Positions 7,924-16,357 are shown, counted from the stretch's first letter. The stretch is 19,238 nucleotides of DNA from Desulfurococcaceae archaeon (GCA_038888155.1 JAWAJB010000014.1:1-19238); one strand, 5' to 3'. Numbers and translations are program-made. Notes: generated by a model from the letters alone, not told the origin.

Positions 7924-8586
7924 CTAACCTACCTTAGCTTTTATCCTTCTCACTTGAGTTGCTTGCTCCACTACTAAAGACAATAGATCCTTAAATGTCC
8001 TAATAGCAGGTCTATCATGTGTTTGTATAATTTTGCCTTCTATTTTTACTATAAAGTTTAAATATAATCTCCTTAGTTCCTTTAAATCATCTATGGGTTT
8101 TTCACCACATTTTCTAGCATAGGCTACTTCCTCATCAACATCTAGGAGTATCGTTAAATCAGGTTGAGGTACTATTTTGAAGAGTGCTCTCATAAGGATT
8201 TTTGAGCAGGGCTTAGGGGAGGCGATACATGATATGATGTAGTCGTATACGTATCTGTCAGCTATAACAATTTCAAAAAAGAACCTATATAGGCATACTT
8301 TAGGCAACACTAATAGGATGTAGTTTAGAAATAATAAGAATTCTTCAAGCCTTGCTAATTTAGGATATTTTTTGTAGAAGTTTTGCTTCTTCATTTTCAT
8401 TAATCTATTGATGAATATGTCAAGGGGTAAAGAGAGATAAAATGAAAACGTTTTACCAAGCTTTATGCCAGTATTTCCGGCATACGTGGCCTTAACTTTG
8501 TATCCAATTTTTCTAAGAGCTTTATAGAGCAACATAGTTTGGGTGGTTTTACCTGAACCATCAATGCCCATAATTGCTATCAACAT
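7924..8586 (-). CDS. Thymidylate-kinase-like P-loop kinase (non-canonical)
   Basis: GIDGSGKTT Walker A, IADRY, PQPDLTILLDVD..VAYARK. Lacks the REP and post-DRY S-x-x-AYQ elements of housekeeping Tmk. Confidence 0.85.
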   Translation of the reverse strand: MLIAIMGIDGSGKTTQTMLLYKALRKIGYKVKATYAGNTGIKLGKTFSFYLSLPLDIFINRLMKMKKQNFYKKYPKLARLEEFLLFLNYILLVLPKVCLYRFFFEIVIADRYVYDYIISCIASPKPCSKILMRALFKIVPQPDLTILLDVDEEVAYARKCGEKPIDDLKELRRLYLNFIVKIEGKIIQTHDRPAIRTFKDLLSLVVEQATQVRRIKAKVG

Positions 8587-8604
8587 GGACTATTCCTTCT
8601 ATGA

Positions 8605-9615
8605 CTAGGTGCCTAGAGTCTTTAGAAATTCTAGGTATCTTCTCTCCAGCTTTTTAGAATCAAACATTTCAATAATTCTCTTTCTAGCATTTACGGAGAT
8701 TTTACTTTTGTTTAGCGTATCTTCTAATACTTCTTCTATGATCGTTCTTAACTCGTAAGGGCTATTAAAGAGGAAACCATTTAATCGATCTCGTATGATT
8801 TTTTTCGTAATCGTGTTTCTAAGGGTAGCTACAGGTGTGCCACAACTCATAGCCTCCAGTATGGTTAAAGGCGGTTCTATGCTCCCTTCACGCTCTACGG
8901 GGTATATTAGCATGTCTAAGGATGAATATAGAATCCGTACATCATGAGTTATGATAAATTTTAGTGGCACCCAGGCTTTTCTAACTTCTCTTATTACAGC
9001 ACCAAGATCCTTCCTCTGAATATTTGTTAAAGCTACTACGAACACTACGTTTTTTAAAGCAACATTTTTTATAGCTTTAAAGACTATATCGAGTCGTCTG
9101 TACTTATTTATAGTCCCGGTATATCCTATGTAGATCTTGTCTTCCTCAAACCCCAAAACCTCTCTTGATATATACTTGTTTAAGGGCTTAAAGTAACCTA
9201 CTGGAATAGGAGGTGGCAGAGTAAAAATACACCTATCACTAATAAACCTTGCTAACTCTGATTTGAGAAGATCAGTGGTCGTTACTATAACATCCCACAG
9301 TTTTCTTCTCAGCAATAAAGTTTTGATCTTAGATCTGAAGCCTACATCAAGCTCTTTTTTTGCCACTTCCTTTACTATTGCATTGTTTATTCTCTTCAAG
9401 TTTAGTAGCTTAAAGATTGTAGTAAGGTTTTCCGGATAGTTAAATATCCAAATTACATCATAGTTATGCTGTTTAGTTAAACTACCGCTTTTCTCAAGTA
9501 CATCTATGTTTAGACGTGTTTTTAACATCTCGTAGATATATTTAGCTAGGTTTTTGTAGCCCTCATTCCACGGAGGACCCCAGCTTTCAATAAGAAATGC
9601 GACCTTTAAGTCCAT
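8605..9615 (-). CDS. Glycosyltransferase family 4
   Basis: IGYTGTINKYR, LYSSLDMLIYP, IEPPLTILEAMSCGTPV, LNGFLF. Confidence 0.9.
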   Translation of the reverse strand: MDLKVAFLIESWGPPWNEGYKNLAKYIYEMLKTRLNIDVLEKSGSLTKQHNYDVIWIFNYPENLTTIFKLLNLKRINNAIVKEVAKKELDVGFRSKIKTLLLRRKLWDVIVTTTDLLKSELARFISDRCIFTLPPPIPVGYFKPLNKYISREVLGFEEDKIYIGYTGTINKYRRLDIVFKAIKNVALKNVVFVVALTNIQRKDLGAVIREVRKAWVPLKFIITHDVRILYSSLDMLIYPVEREGSIEPPLTILEAMSCGTPVATLRNTITKKIIRDRLNGFLFNSPYELRTIIEEVLEDTLNKSKISVNARKRIIEMFDSKKLERRYLEFLKTLGT

Positions 9616-9625
9616 CTTGGGTAGC

Positions 9626-10834
9626 TTATATTATCGTCTTTTTCATAGTTTTACACAGATTCTTTAGTAAGGTAAAGGTGTAAAGTCTAATGTCAAGCTT
9701 CGTGACAGCTCTTACACGTGCTCTCTCCTTTAGGTATTGGTATTTTTCGTAATGTTTTACTACTTTCTCTATTTTGTCAGCCAGTGCGTAAGGGTCGTTA
9801 GGTTTGACCAGAAGACCAGCATCGCCTACAATATCTGGAATGCCTCCTGCATAAGAGGCTATTAAGAGTGTACCTGTAGCAAGAGCTTCTAGCGCGACAT
9901 TTGGGCTTCTATCACTACTCGTATTTTTGAGAAACCTTGATGGAAGAACTACTATGTCGGCTGAGCGGTAGAATAGGGGCATCTCACTGTATGCTCGTGG
10001 AGGATATAAAACAACATAACCTTCTCTAACTAGTTTAGATAACTTTCGTAGATAAATACGCTTAAGATCGTATCTATCTGGGAAAAACCTGGATCTTCTA
10101 GGCAAGAAGAATACGCAGTTATATTTGCGCAATATATTTCTTTCTCTAAGAATTTCTATTGCATCAATCAGTACATCAGTACCCTTAGAGTAGGATAGCT
10201 CTCCTATAAAGCAAATCCATAGCTTTTCAATTAAGTCCTTTGATAAACCAAGGCTTCTCAACAGTAGCTCTTTTGCTTTCACGCCATTCTTAGAGTGACT
10301 GTTTTTAGAAAAATGTTTTACATTAACTCCATGAGGATGAATAGAGAGATGTTTAGTCCTCCTTATGTGAAGCATCTCCTCGACATATCTTTTTGATGCT
10401 GAGGATTCCGCGACTATTATATCTGAGAACTCATAGACGAACTTGACTACAGCTCTTTTAATCTTTTGAATAAAGCCCAAGATAATGCTATTAAGCGAAG
10501 TTATGTTATTCTCCTCCACTATAACAAGCGTTTTAGCACCTGTAAGTTTGGAAATAAAGAAGACGCATAGACCTGAAATATTTTCAGCACCGTAAATTAT
10601 TACTGCGTTAGGTTTCCACCGAACGAATCTAAGTATATCCAAAGGCGAAAACATTGGTTGACCTAATACTCTAATAACAGGCTTAAAAAGTATAGTGTAT
10701 CTCAAAAATTCTTCGAACGGATAGTTGCCATAGATTCCAAGAGTAAAGAGCTTCGTTGAAGTTATCCCTCTCAAGGTCTCCAGCATATCTATTTGGAATG
10801 GATAAAGATAAGGAGTAAATAGAGTAATTCGCAT
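9626..10834 (-). CDS. Glycosyltransferase family 4
   Basis: PHGVNV, FIGELSYSKG, ADIVVLPSR, DRSPNVALEALATG, AGGIPDIVGDAGLLV. Confidence 0.92.
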   Translation of the reverse strand: MRITLFTPYLYPFQIDMLETLRGITSTKLFTLGIYGNYPFEEFLRYTILFKPVIRVLGQPMFSPLDILRFVRWKPNAVIIYGAENISGLCVFFISKLTGAKTLVIVEENNITSLNSIILGFIQKIKRAVVKFVYEFSDIIVAESSASKRYVEEMLHIRRTKHLSIHPHGVNVKHFSKNSHSKNGVKAKELLLRSLGLSKDLIEKLWICFIGELSYSKGTDVLIDAIEILRERNILRKYNCVFFLPRRSRFFPDRYDLKRIYLRKLSKLVREGYVVLYPPRAYSEMPLFYRSADIVVLPSRFLKNTSSDRSPNVALEALATGTLLIASYAGGIPDIVGDAGLLVKPNDPYALADKIEKVVKHYEKYQYLKERARVRAVTKLDIRLYTFTLLKNLCKTMKKTII

Positions 10835-10867
10835 ATGAGGTTGTCAGCTTAGGTGAAGTATCTTTAG

Positions 10868-11986
10868 TTACCTCTCACTCGAGTTGATGTATATCCTTTC
10901 AAGCGCTTGACACACAACTTTGTAATCATGCTCTCGTGCATACTCTTGAGCTCTTCTAGCAATAATTTTAAGCTCTGAACCTGTTGAGGTGATTTGATGA
11001 AGAATTTTTACTACATCCTCAGAGGACTTAAAAAGGAAACCATTGTATTCATGTTTTATGTAAAGATTTATGGGGTATATATCGCTAGCAATGACCATCT
11101 TTCCAGCTGCCATACCTTCTAAAACGGTTATAGCACCAGTTTCGATTAATGATGGTACGATTAGAACATCAATCATTTTGTAGAACTCATAAGGAGGAGC
11201 TACTTCACCTATGTAGAAAAATTTTTCTTTTAATAGTTTGCTTAGATTGGTTAGTACTTGAAAAGCGTAGCTCTTATGATCAATTCTTCCAGCTAGTAAT
11301 ACTCGAATCTTCTTTAATATCTCTGGTGATGAGTTTTTAACTTTTTTCATTATTGCTATTAATCTATGCAGACCTTTTTCTGGTGAGATCCGAGCAATGA
11401 CACCGATAACTATTTCATCGTTAAGTTCGGATTTGCTTAATCTCGAAAATACGTCATAATCTATCATTGGCTTTACTACAATTATTTTTTCCTTTGGAAA
11501 GCCCAAGAGCTCCAAACTCTTTTCCTCTAGTTCATTGTATACTGTGTAGTAATCGTAATATTTTCTATAGTAATCTATTAACCGAGAATAAATGGTACCT
11601 TTACTTTGTGCTTTAAGAAAAGTTAAACTGCCTGGGCACGATATCTCGCTTCTAATTAATTTAACCTCTCCACGAAAGGCTAGGGCGTATACGGAGGAAA
11701 AAGTGAAGAATGTAAAAGTATGAATCACATCAAAGCTTTGAAGCAGAGGTTTAAACATACTTGGGTGAAAGTAAATAAGGGCTCCTTTAAAACGTCCTAA
11801 AACAGGAAAACGTAGTATCCTCGCTTTTGGAAATATTAAAGGATCATAGTGTTCAAATCTCGGGTCTTTAGAGGTTATAACAGTTACGTTATGGTTTTTT
11901 TCAATCATGTATTTAATTATGTAATTCTGGTCTCTCGGATAGTTTATCTCAAATACATCTATTAAGTAGAGAATATCGATTGGCAT
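10868..11986 (-). CDS. Glycosyltransferase family 4
   Basis: IARISPEKGL, DVLIVPSLIETGAITVLEGMAAGKMVIASD, NGFLF. Confidence 0.92.
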   Translation of the reverse strand: MPIDILYLIDVFEINYPRDQNYIIKYMIEKNHNVTVITSKDPRFEHYDPLIFPKARILRFPVLGRFKGALIYFHPSMFKPLLQSFDVIHTFTFFTFSSVYALAFRGEVKLIRSEISCPGSLTFLKAQSKGTIYSRLIDYYRKYYDYYTVYNELEEKSLELLGFPKEKIIVVKPMIDYDVFSRLSKSELNDEIVIGVIARISPEKGLHRLIAIMKKVKNSSPEILKKIRVLLAGRIDHKSYAFQVLTNLSKLLKEKFFYIGEVAPPYEFYKMIDVLIVPSLIETGAITVLEGMAAGKMVIASDIYPINLYIKHEYNGFLFKSSEDVVKILHQITSTGSELKIIARRAQEYAREHDYKVVCQALERIYINSSER

Positions 11987-12008
11987 TCAAAACTTTCCCA
12001 CTACAGAA

Positions 12009-12119
12009 TTATTCCTTACTTCTAACAAGTCTTAGCCTTCTGGTTTGCTCCTTCAAGCTAAAGAGTGTGTACTTGAAGTGCTTATAACCACTATTGAGTA
12101 TTATCACTAAGACCTTCAT
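12009..12119 (-). pseudogene. 5' remnant of a GT2 gene (36 aa)
   Basis: MKVLVIILNSGYKHFKYTLFSLKEQTRR...*: first beta strand plus TLxSLxxQT is the typical GT2 start; truncated before the EIIVVD strand. Confidence 0.55.
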
Positions 12120-12136
12120 AGGATCCGAGGTCTTAG
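12107..12136. repeat. 9-bp perfect inverted repeat CTAAGACCT-N12-AGGTCTTAG
   Basis: Arms 12107-12115 and 12128-12136; the loop contains the minus-strand ATG at 12117-12119. Confidence 0.6.
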
Positions 12137-12295
12137 AAAATCAATGGTCTACTATCTCACAACTCTTCGAGGCTCAATACAGCCAGCGCTCTCATCAACA
12201 ACTACTATCAGCATCCTCAAGCTGGGGACTACCTTGACTAGAGGGTATGCTAGAGCTCTCAGTATGTTTAGCTTTGTGGGTTTCTCGGGCGAGCT

Positions 12296-13234
12296 TCAGT
12301 AGGTCTCGAGAGCATTAGCATAGTCTACGGGGTTCAGAGTTTCCACTCTGAGACCATTGTATCCATGGATAACAACATCCCGAGGTACAGCGTAGGAAAC
12401 AACGGGTGGTGTACCACACGCCATAGCTTCGAGGCTAGCATAGGAGAAGGCTTCTCCCGATGATGTAGAACATTGCTTTTGCACTAAGAGAACTTTGTTC
12501 TTTTCCTCCTCGGAGACACCTGGTAGCAGCCTGATAAACTTCTTTGATGCGATCTCCCTCTCGAGCCACTCTGATCTTTCACCGATAATAACTAACTCTA
12601 CGTCGTGCCCACGCTCTCTGAGTATTTCAACAACTCTAACACTAACCAAAGGATTTTTGACTGGACGGGTACCAATGTGAACTATTAAATTTGCTCTTTT
12701 AGAGGGCTCCAGTGGCTTGAAGTTCTTTAGCTTCAGTGGTAGCGGAATGATCCCGTCACACTTCACTATTCCCTTGTACTCTCTCTGAGTCTCTTCGGAG
12801 ACGCAGATGACATGATCGTATGTTCTGTAGAGTAGCTTGAGAACAGAGCGCTGAAGCCTCGATACACCGACATGGAGTCCGTGAGCCACTGCTTTTTTCG
12901 GTTTAAACCTTACGGGGGCGACTCCACTGACTATGGCGATGTCAGCATTAAATCTTTCGAGCATCCCATTACCCTTCGTGAACCAGTCTAAGAGCATTGT
13001 GAGCCATCTGTCTCTATCTTCAGGACCCCGTAGGGTAGCTACCTCAACTTCGACGTCCAGCCCGTGGACTGTCTTAAACCACCTGTTGAGTTCCTCCACA
13101 ACACCTCTATAACTCCAGCTCAGGATGAAGACTTCATGCCCGAGTGGCTTGAATGCCTCAGCTAGGTTAACAATAACACTGTTTACCTCATCGAGGTGGG
13201 TAATGAACTCCCTCCTGATCAGCCCTATCCTCAA
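12296..13234 (-). pseudogene. Glycosyltransferase family 4, degraded and C-terminally truncated
   Basis: HIGTRPVKN, EAFSYASLEAMACGTPPVV and GYNG are present, but the segment before the E-x7-E motif is scrambled (VLLVQKQCSTSS) and the ORF stops at NALETY, lacking the final GT-B helices. Confidence 0.75.
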
Positions 13235-13442
13235 TAGAGACTCACCTTAGAGTACGAGGGATACCTTAACTCCCTGCTAAGCAGCTATATCCTAGGGCTG
13301 GGCAAGTGTTGTCAACTACTGAGGTTAAAGCTTCTGGCTTAGTGGATGGTAAAGCACTAACAATAATGTGTCAGCCTTAAACTAAGCGGCTGCTGACAAG
13401 CCTGGAGTTGCGCGTTAAGAGCTCTTCCTGAGGTAAGCGTGA

Positions 13443-14510
13443 TCACCGGGTGTACAGAGTTTTAATGTAGAGGTTTACTACTTGGCTCCAGCTTGGAACT
13501 TCAGATTTAGGCTGCTTTTTGGCTTCATCTAAGAACGCGGTTATCTCTTTAGCTATGTCTTCATCGCTTTTACTTAGTTTTGTTATTAGTGTTCTGGTTC
13601 TTTCCCTGAAGTTTAGGCCCCAAGGCTCAGCAACCACAACTGGCACTCCAAGAGCGTTTGCCTCGTTAACTGTTTGTCCGAACGCCTCCCTTTCCGACAG
13701 TAGTCCAAATAAAGTAGCCCTTGACAGACAGCTGATATATTCTTTGTAGGGCTGTGGATGGTTTAATTCATACTCTATCTTTAGCTTATTTAAAAAGCCT
13801 TGTAACTTATGTTTAAAGGGGCCATCCCCAAATATTTTCAGTTCTAGATCTAACCCTATCTCGTTAAGTATCCTCACGATTTTTGCAAGTCTGTGAACGT
13901 TCTTATACTTCTCGATACGCCCGCTATACATTATATAATTTGATGGATTCCAAGAGATATTCGATAACCATTCTTCAACGCCATGCTCGATCTTTAAAGG
14001 CTTTACATGGAAATCCCTAGTGACATGCTGTGTCTCCATATTGGAGACTGTATGAATAACATCAACGCATCGAAGAGCTTCCTTAACAAATTTCCTCCAA
14101 CCCCTCCACAAAAATCTTCTGAACAATGTGTGTCCAGTACCATGATAATGAGGTGTTAAAACTTTACGTGCACTACAATCCTTCAATATTCTCAAAGAGT
14201 ATATCGTCAAAACACTATGAACGCTGTGAAAATGAACTATATCGCATTCTTTAACAATGTTCAATAACCATCTTTTCAGGCCTTTTCTCATTCTTGGAAT
14301 ATGATATGCATCTCTAGGACTCCAAATAGGCCATCGTACAACAGAAACACCGTTAACAACTTCCTCTCTGGGCTTATCTATGCCAGATTCACCACATAGC
14401 ACATTAATCTCATGGCCTCTTCTGACAAGTCTTTCAGCTATGGACTTAACCACGTACTCAACCCCGCCGATGTGAGGGTAATAGCGCGGGGCCACGAAGA
14501 GCGCTCTCAT
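13443..14510 (-). CDS. Glycosyltransferase family 4
   Basis: PRYYPHIGGVE, DIVHFHS, TPHYHG, YSGRIEKYKN, EAFGQTVNEANALGVPVVV. Confidence 0.93.
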   Translation of the reverse strand: MRALFVAPRYYPHIGGVEYVVKSIAERLVRRGHEINVLCGESGIDKPREEVVNGVSVVRWPIWSPRDAYHIPRMRKGLKRWLLNIVKECDIVHFHSVHSVLTIYSLRILKDCSARKVLTPHYHGTGHTLFRRFLWRGWRKFVKEALRCVDVIHTVSNMETQHVTRDFHVKPLKIEHGVEEWLSNISWNPSNYIMYSGRIEKYKNVHRLAKIVRILNEIGLDLELKIFGDGPFKHKLQGFLNKLKIEYELNHPQPYKEYISCLSRATLFGLLSEREAFGQTVNEANALGVPVVVAEPWGLNFRERTRTLITKLSKSDEDIAKEITAFLDEAKKQPKSEVPSWSQVVNLYIKTLYTR

Positions 14511-14546
14511 CGCTTAATAAGCCGAGCTATTTCTTTGCTAGGAGCC

Positions 14547-15305
14547 TCAGACTACGGTCTCCTCGCTCTCCAGAAGTGCTAGCTCGTCTAGCGTCCTCAT
14601 TAGCAGCGCTTCGTAGAGTCCCGGCCTCTTCTCCAGGACCACATCGCCCTTGGTCAGTATGTAGTGCCTGAAGCTTGGCGAGACCTCGTTCAGGGGGACC
14701 ACGTCGACGGGGATGTGCAGGCGCTCCTCAAGCTTCACTGACAGCTTGATTACTGCATCCAAGTCGAGCTCACGTGAGCCTGCGTAGACTGCCACGTCGA
14801 CGTCCCTGAATGACTCTAGCTCCACGAAGCTTCCGAAGATTATGGCTAGCTCCACGCCCCCCTCCTCGAGAACCTCCCTAACAACCTCCTTCACAGCCTC
14901 CTTCTCCTTCAAATCGAGCCTGTAGTACTTGTAGCGCTCACTCAACATGCTCGCATAGATCCTCTCGTCATCTATAGTCCAGTACCTGTGAAGGAGCAGG
15001 TTCCGCAACCTGATCAGGCGTGCAAGATTCTCGTACTCGAGCTCGATTAGCAGGCCCCTCCCCCTGAGTATCGAGAGAGCATGCTGGGTGGTCTCAGGCT
15101 CCTCACCGCATAGCCTCCTAGCTGTGTGAATGGCTAATGCAGCAATAGCCTCAGCTATCACAATAATGTTGTATCTAACGGCATACCTTTCGGCTTCACT
15201 CATGCTCTCATAAGGTTTCGACGTGTAGCGGAGGATGGCTTCGATGGACTCCTCGATATCTGAGGCGAGCTTCTTCACATAGGCCCTGTTTATGCTGGCA
15301 GCCAT
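14547..15305 (-). CDS. In-frame fusion of DUF86/HepT-like HEPN RNase (N-terminal) and minimal nucleotidyltransferase MNT (C-terminal)
   Basis: AVRYNIIVIAEA and RNLLLHRY (R-x4-H-x-Y) in the first ~120 aa; IFGSFVELESFRDVDVAVY and PVDVVPLN in the second half. Confidence 0.9.
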   Translation of the reverse strand: MAASINRAYVKKLASDIEESIEAILRYTSKPYESMSEAERYAVRYNIIVIAEAIAALAIHTARRLCGEEPETTQHALSILRGRGLLIELEYENLARLIRLRNLLLHRYWTIDDERIYASMLSERYKYYRLDLKEKEAVKEVVREVLEEGGVELAIIFGSFVELESFRDVDVAVYAGSRELDLDAVIKLSVKLEERLHIPVDVVPLNEVSPSFRHYILTKGDVVLEKRPGLYEALLMRTLDELALLESEETVV

Positions 15306-15409
15306 CGCCGAAACACTACTTTTAAGGGCTTTCTACCTGCTGGTGGACCAAGCTTTCAGCACGCCTCCTAAGGTATGTCCCCTCATCGACCTACTTTGCC
15401 TAAACATTC

Positions 15410-15430
15410 TCCCTGGTAGGTTCCCAGGGA
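15410..15430 (-). terminator. Possible hairpin downstream of the HEPN/MNT pair
   Basis: TCCCTGG-N7-CCAGGGA, about 10 nt after the MNT stop; no U-tract follows, so function is uncertain. Confidence 0.25.
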
Positions 15431-15439
15431 CCCTTAAAA

Positions 15440-15835
15440 TTAGGTGTGGCTTTGCTCAGTCCTTAAGTCTCCCTCGATGATCACTTGAATGAGCTGCTCT
15501 GCAGGAGCTAGTTCTTTCGCGTGCTTTTTGTACCAAGCTAGCTTTTCCTTCGTTGTCAAATGTATTTCAAATATGAATGGGTTTCTTAGCTTCTCCTCTA
15601 TGGCTGCAGCCAGCTTATGGCGTTGTGAGCCTGTAGCCTTATCGGATATTACTAGTATGTCCACGTCGCTATTGGCCGTAAGCTTGTTCCTCAATGCACT
15701 GCCGAAGACGTATACCTCTGCATCTGGCAGTACGCTCCTAACAGCTTCTAAAAGCTCTGGCAGATGATCTCTCCACTTTAAGAGACTCTTAAATCTCTCA
15801 TACTTAGCCTTATAGTACCTCTCTAATGCCTGCAC
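15440..15835 (-). CDS. Minimal nucleotidyltransferase (MNT), antitoxin-like
   Basis: EVYVFGSALRNKLTANSDVDILVI (GS-x10-DxD) and FEIHL; start overlaps the upstream HEPN gene by 26 nt. Confidence 0.9.
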   Translation of the reverse strand: MQALERYYKAKYERFKSLLKWRDHLPELLEAVRSVLPDAEVYVFGSALRNKLTANSDVDILVISDKATGSQRHKLAAAIEEKLRNPFIFEIHLTTKEKLAWYKKHAKELAPAEQLIQVIIEGDLRTEQSHT

Positions 15836-16229
15836 CCCTCAACACCCTACCTATAAACTCGATTAAATCCTCAGCCAGTCTAACGAGCGCCTCGGCATCC
15901 TCACGTGTATACGTATAGGGCATGTACCTAGAGGTTATATAAGCGTCGTCGAGAGCCCTCAGAGCCTCCCTATTCTCCTCAACAAACTCCGTTATTGGCT
16001 TTTCCATCTCAGGCACTGACCTACTCAATAGATAGAGGAGCTCCCTCACCCGGTATAGCCTAGGAACCTCACCTACCAGCTCCAGAATTACAGACTTTAC
16101 GAAGAGCTGAGCTGCCTGCTCACTTGAGACGCAAGCGAAATCGAAGTCTCTACGCTCCAAAGCCTCTTTAGCATACTTTAGAAAGGTTTTAGCCCTCCCT
16201 CGCAGGATCTCAACCTCTTCCATAGACAT
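15810..16229 (-). CDS. HEPN domain protein (PF05168-type), partner of the downstream MNT
   Basis: RAKTFLKYA, EQAAQLFVKS, PRLYRVRELL, LDDAYITSRY, YTREDAE. Confidence 0.9.
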   Translation of the reverse strand: MSMEEVEILRGRAKTFLKYAKEALERRDFDFACVSSEQAAQLFVKSVILELVGEVPRLYRVRELLYLLSRSVPEMEKPITEFVEENREALRALDDAYITSRYMPYTYTREDAEALVRLAEDLIEFIGRVLRGAGIREVL

Positions 16230-16253
16230 ACCTAATAACCCATAACGTGCAAT

Positions 16254-16270
16254 CTATTTAGCATCTTTTG
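16254..16270 (-). promoter_or_regulatory. BRE/TATA-like promoter of the HEPN-MNT pair (probably leaderless)
   Basis: Minus strand AAAAGATGCTAAATAG; TAAATA ends 25 nt before ATG 16229. Confidence 0.45.
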
Positions 16271-16357
16271 AGAGATCATCCTCATCAAACCAGTTTATTC
16301 AACACAACCGCATACGGCAATAGGAGCAAATATGCTAAAGAAAGCTGTCTTAAACAT

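Noticed and set aside
7924-8586. Assigning gene symbol tmk
   Set aside because: Acceptor-side motifs differ from housekeeping Tmk and the context is a GT operon.
13369-13398. TGTCAGC...GCTGACA 7-bp inverted repeat after the GT4
   Set aside because: Short stem, long loop and no U-tract; compatible with chance.
11149-13749. Plus-strand ORFs 11149-11340, 12495-12680 and 13519-13749
   Set aside because: Antisense to clear GT4 genes, with typical shadow-ORF composition.
15292-15767. Plus-strand ORFs 15292-15480 and 15489-15767
   Set aside because: Antisense to the MNT gene and its spacer; no coding signature.
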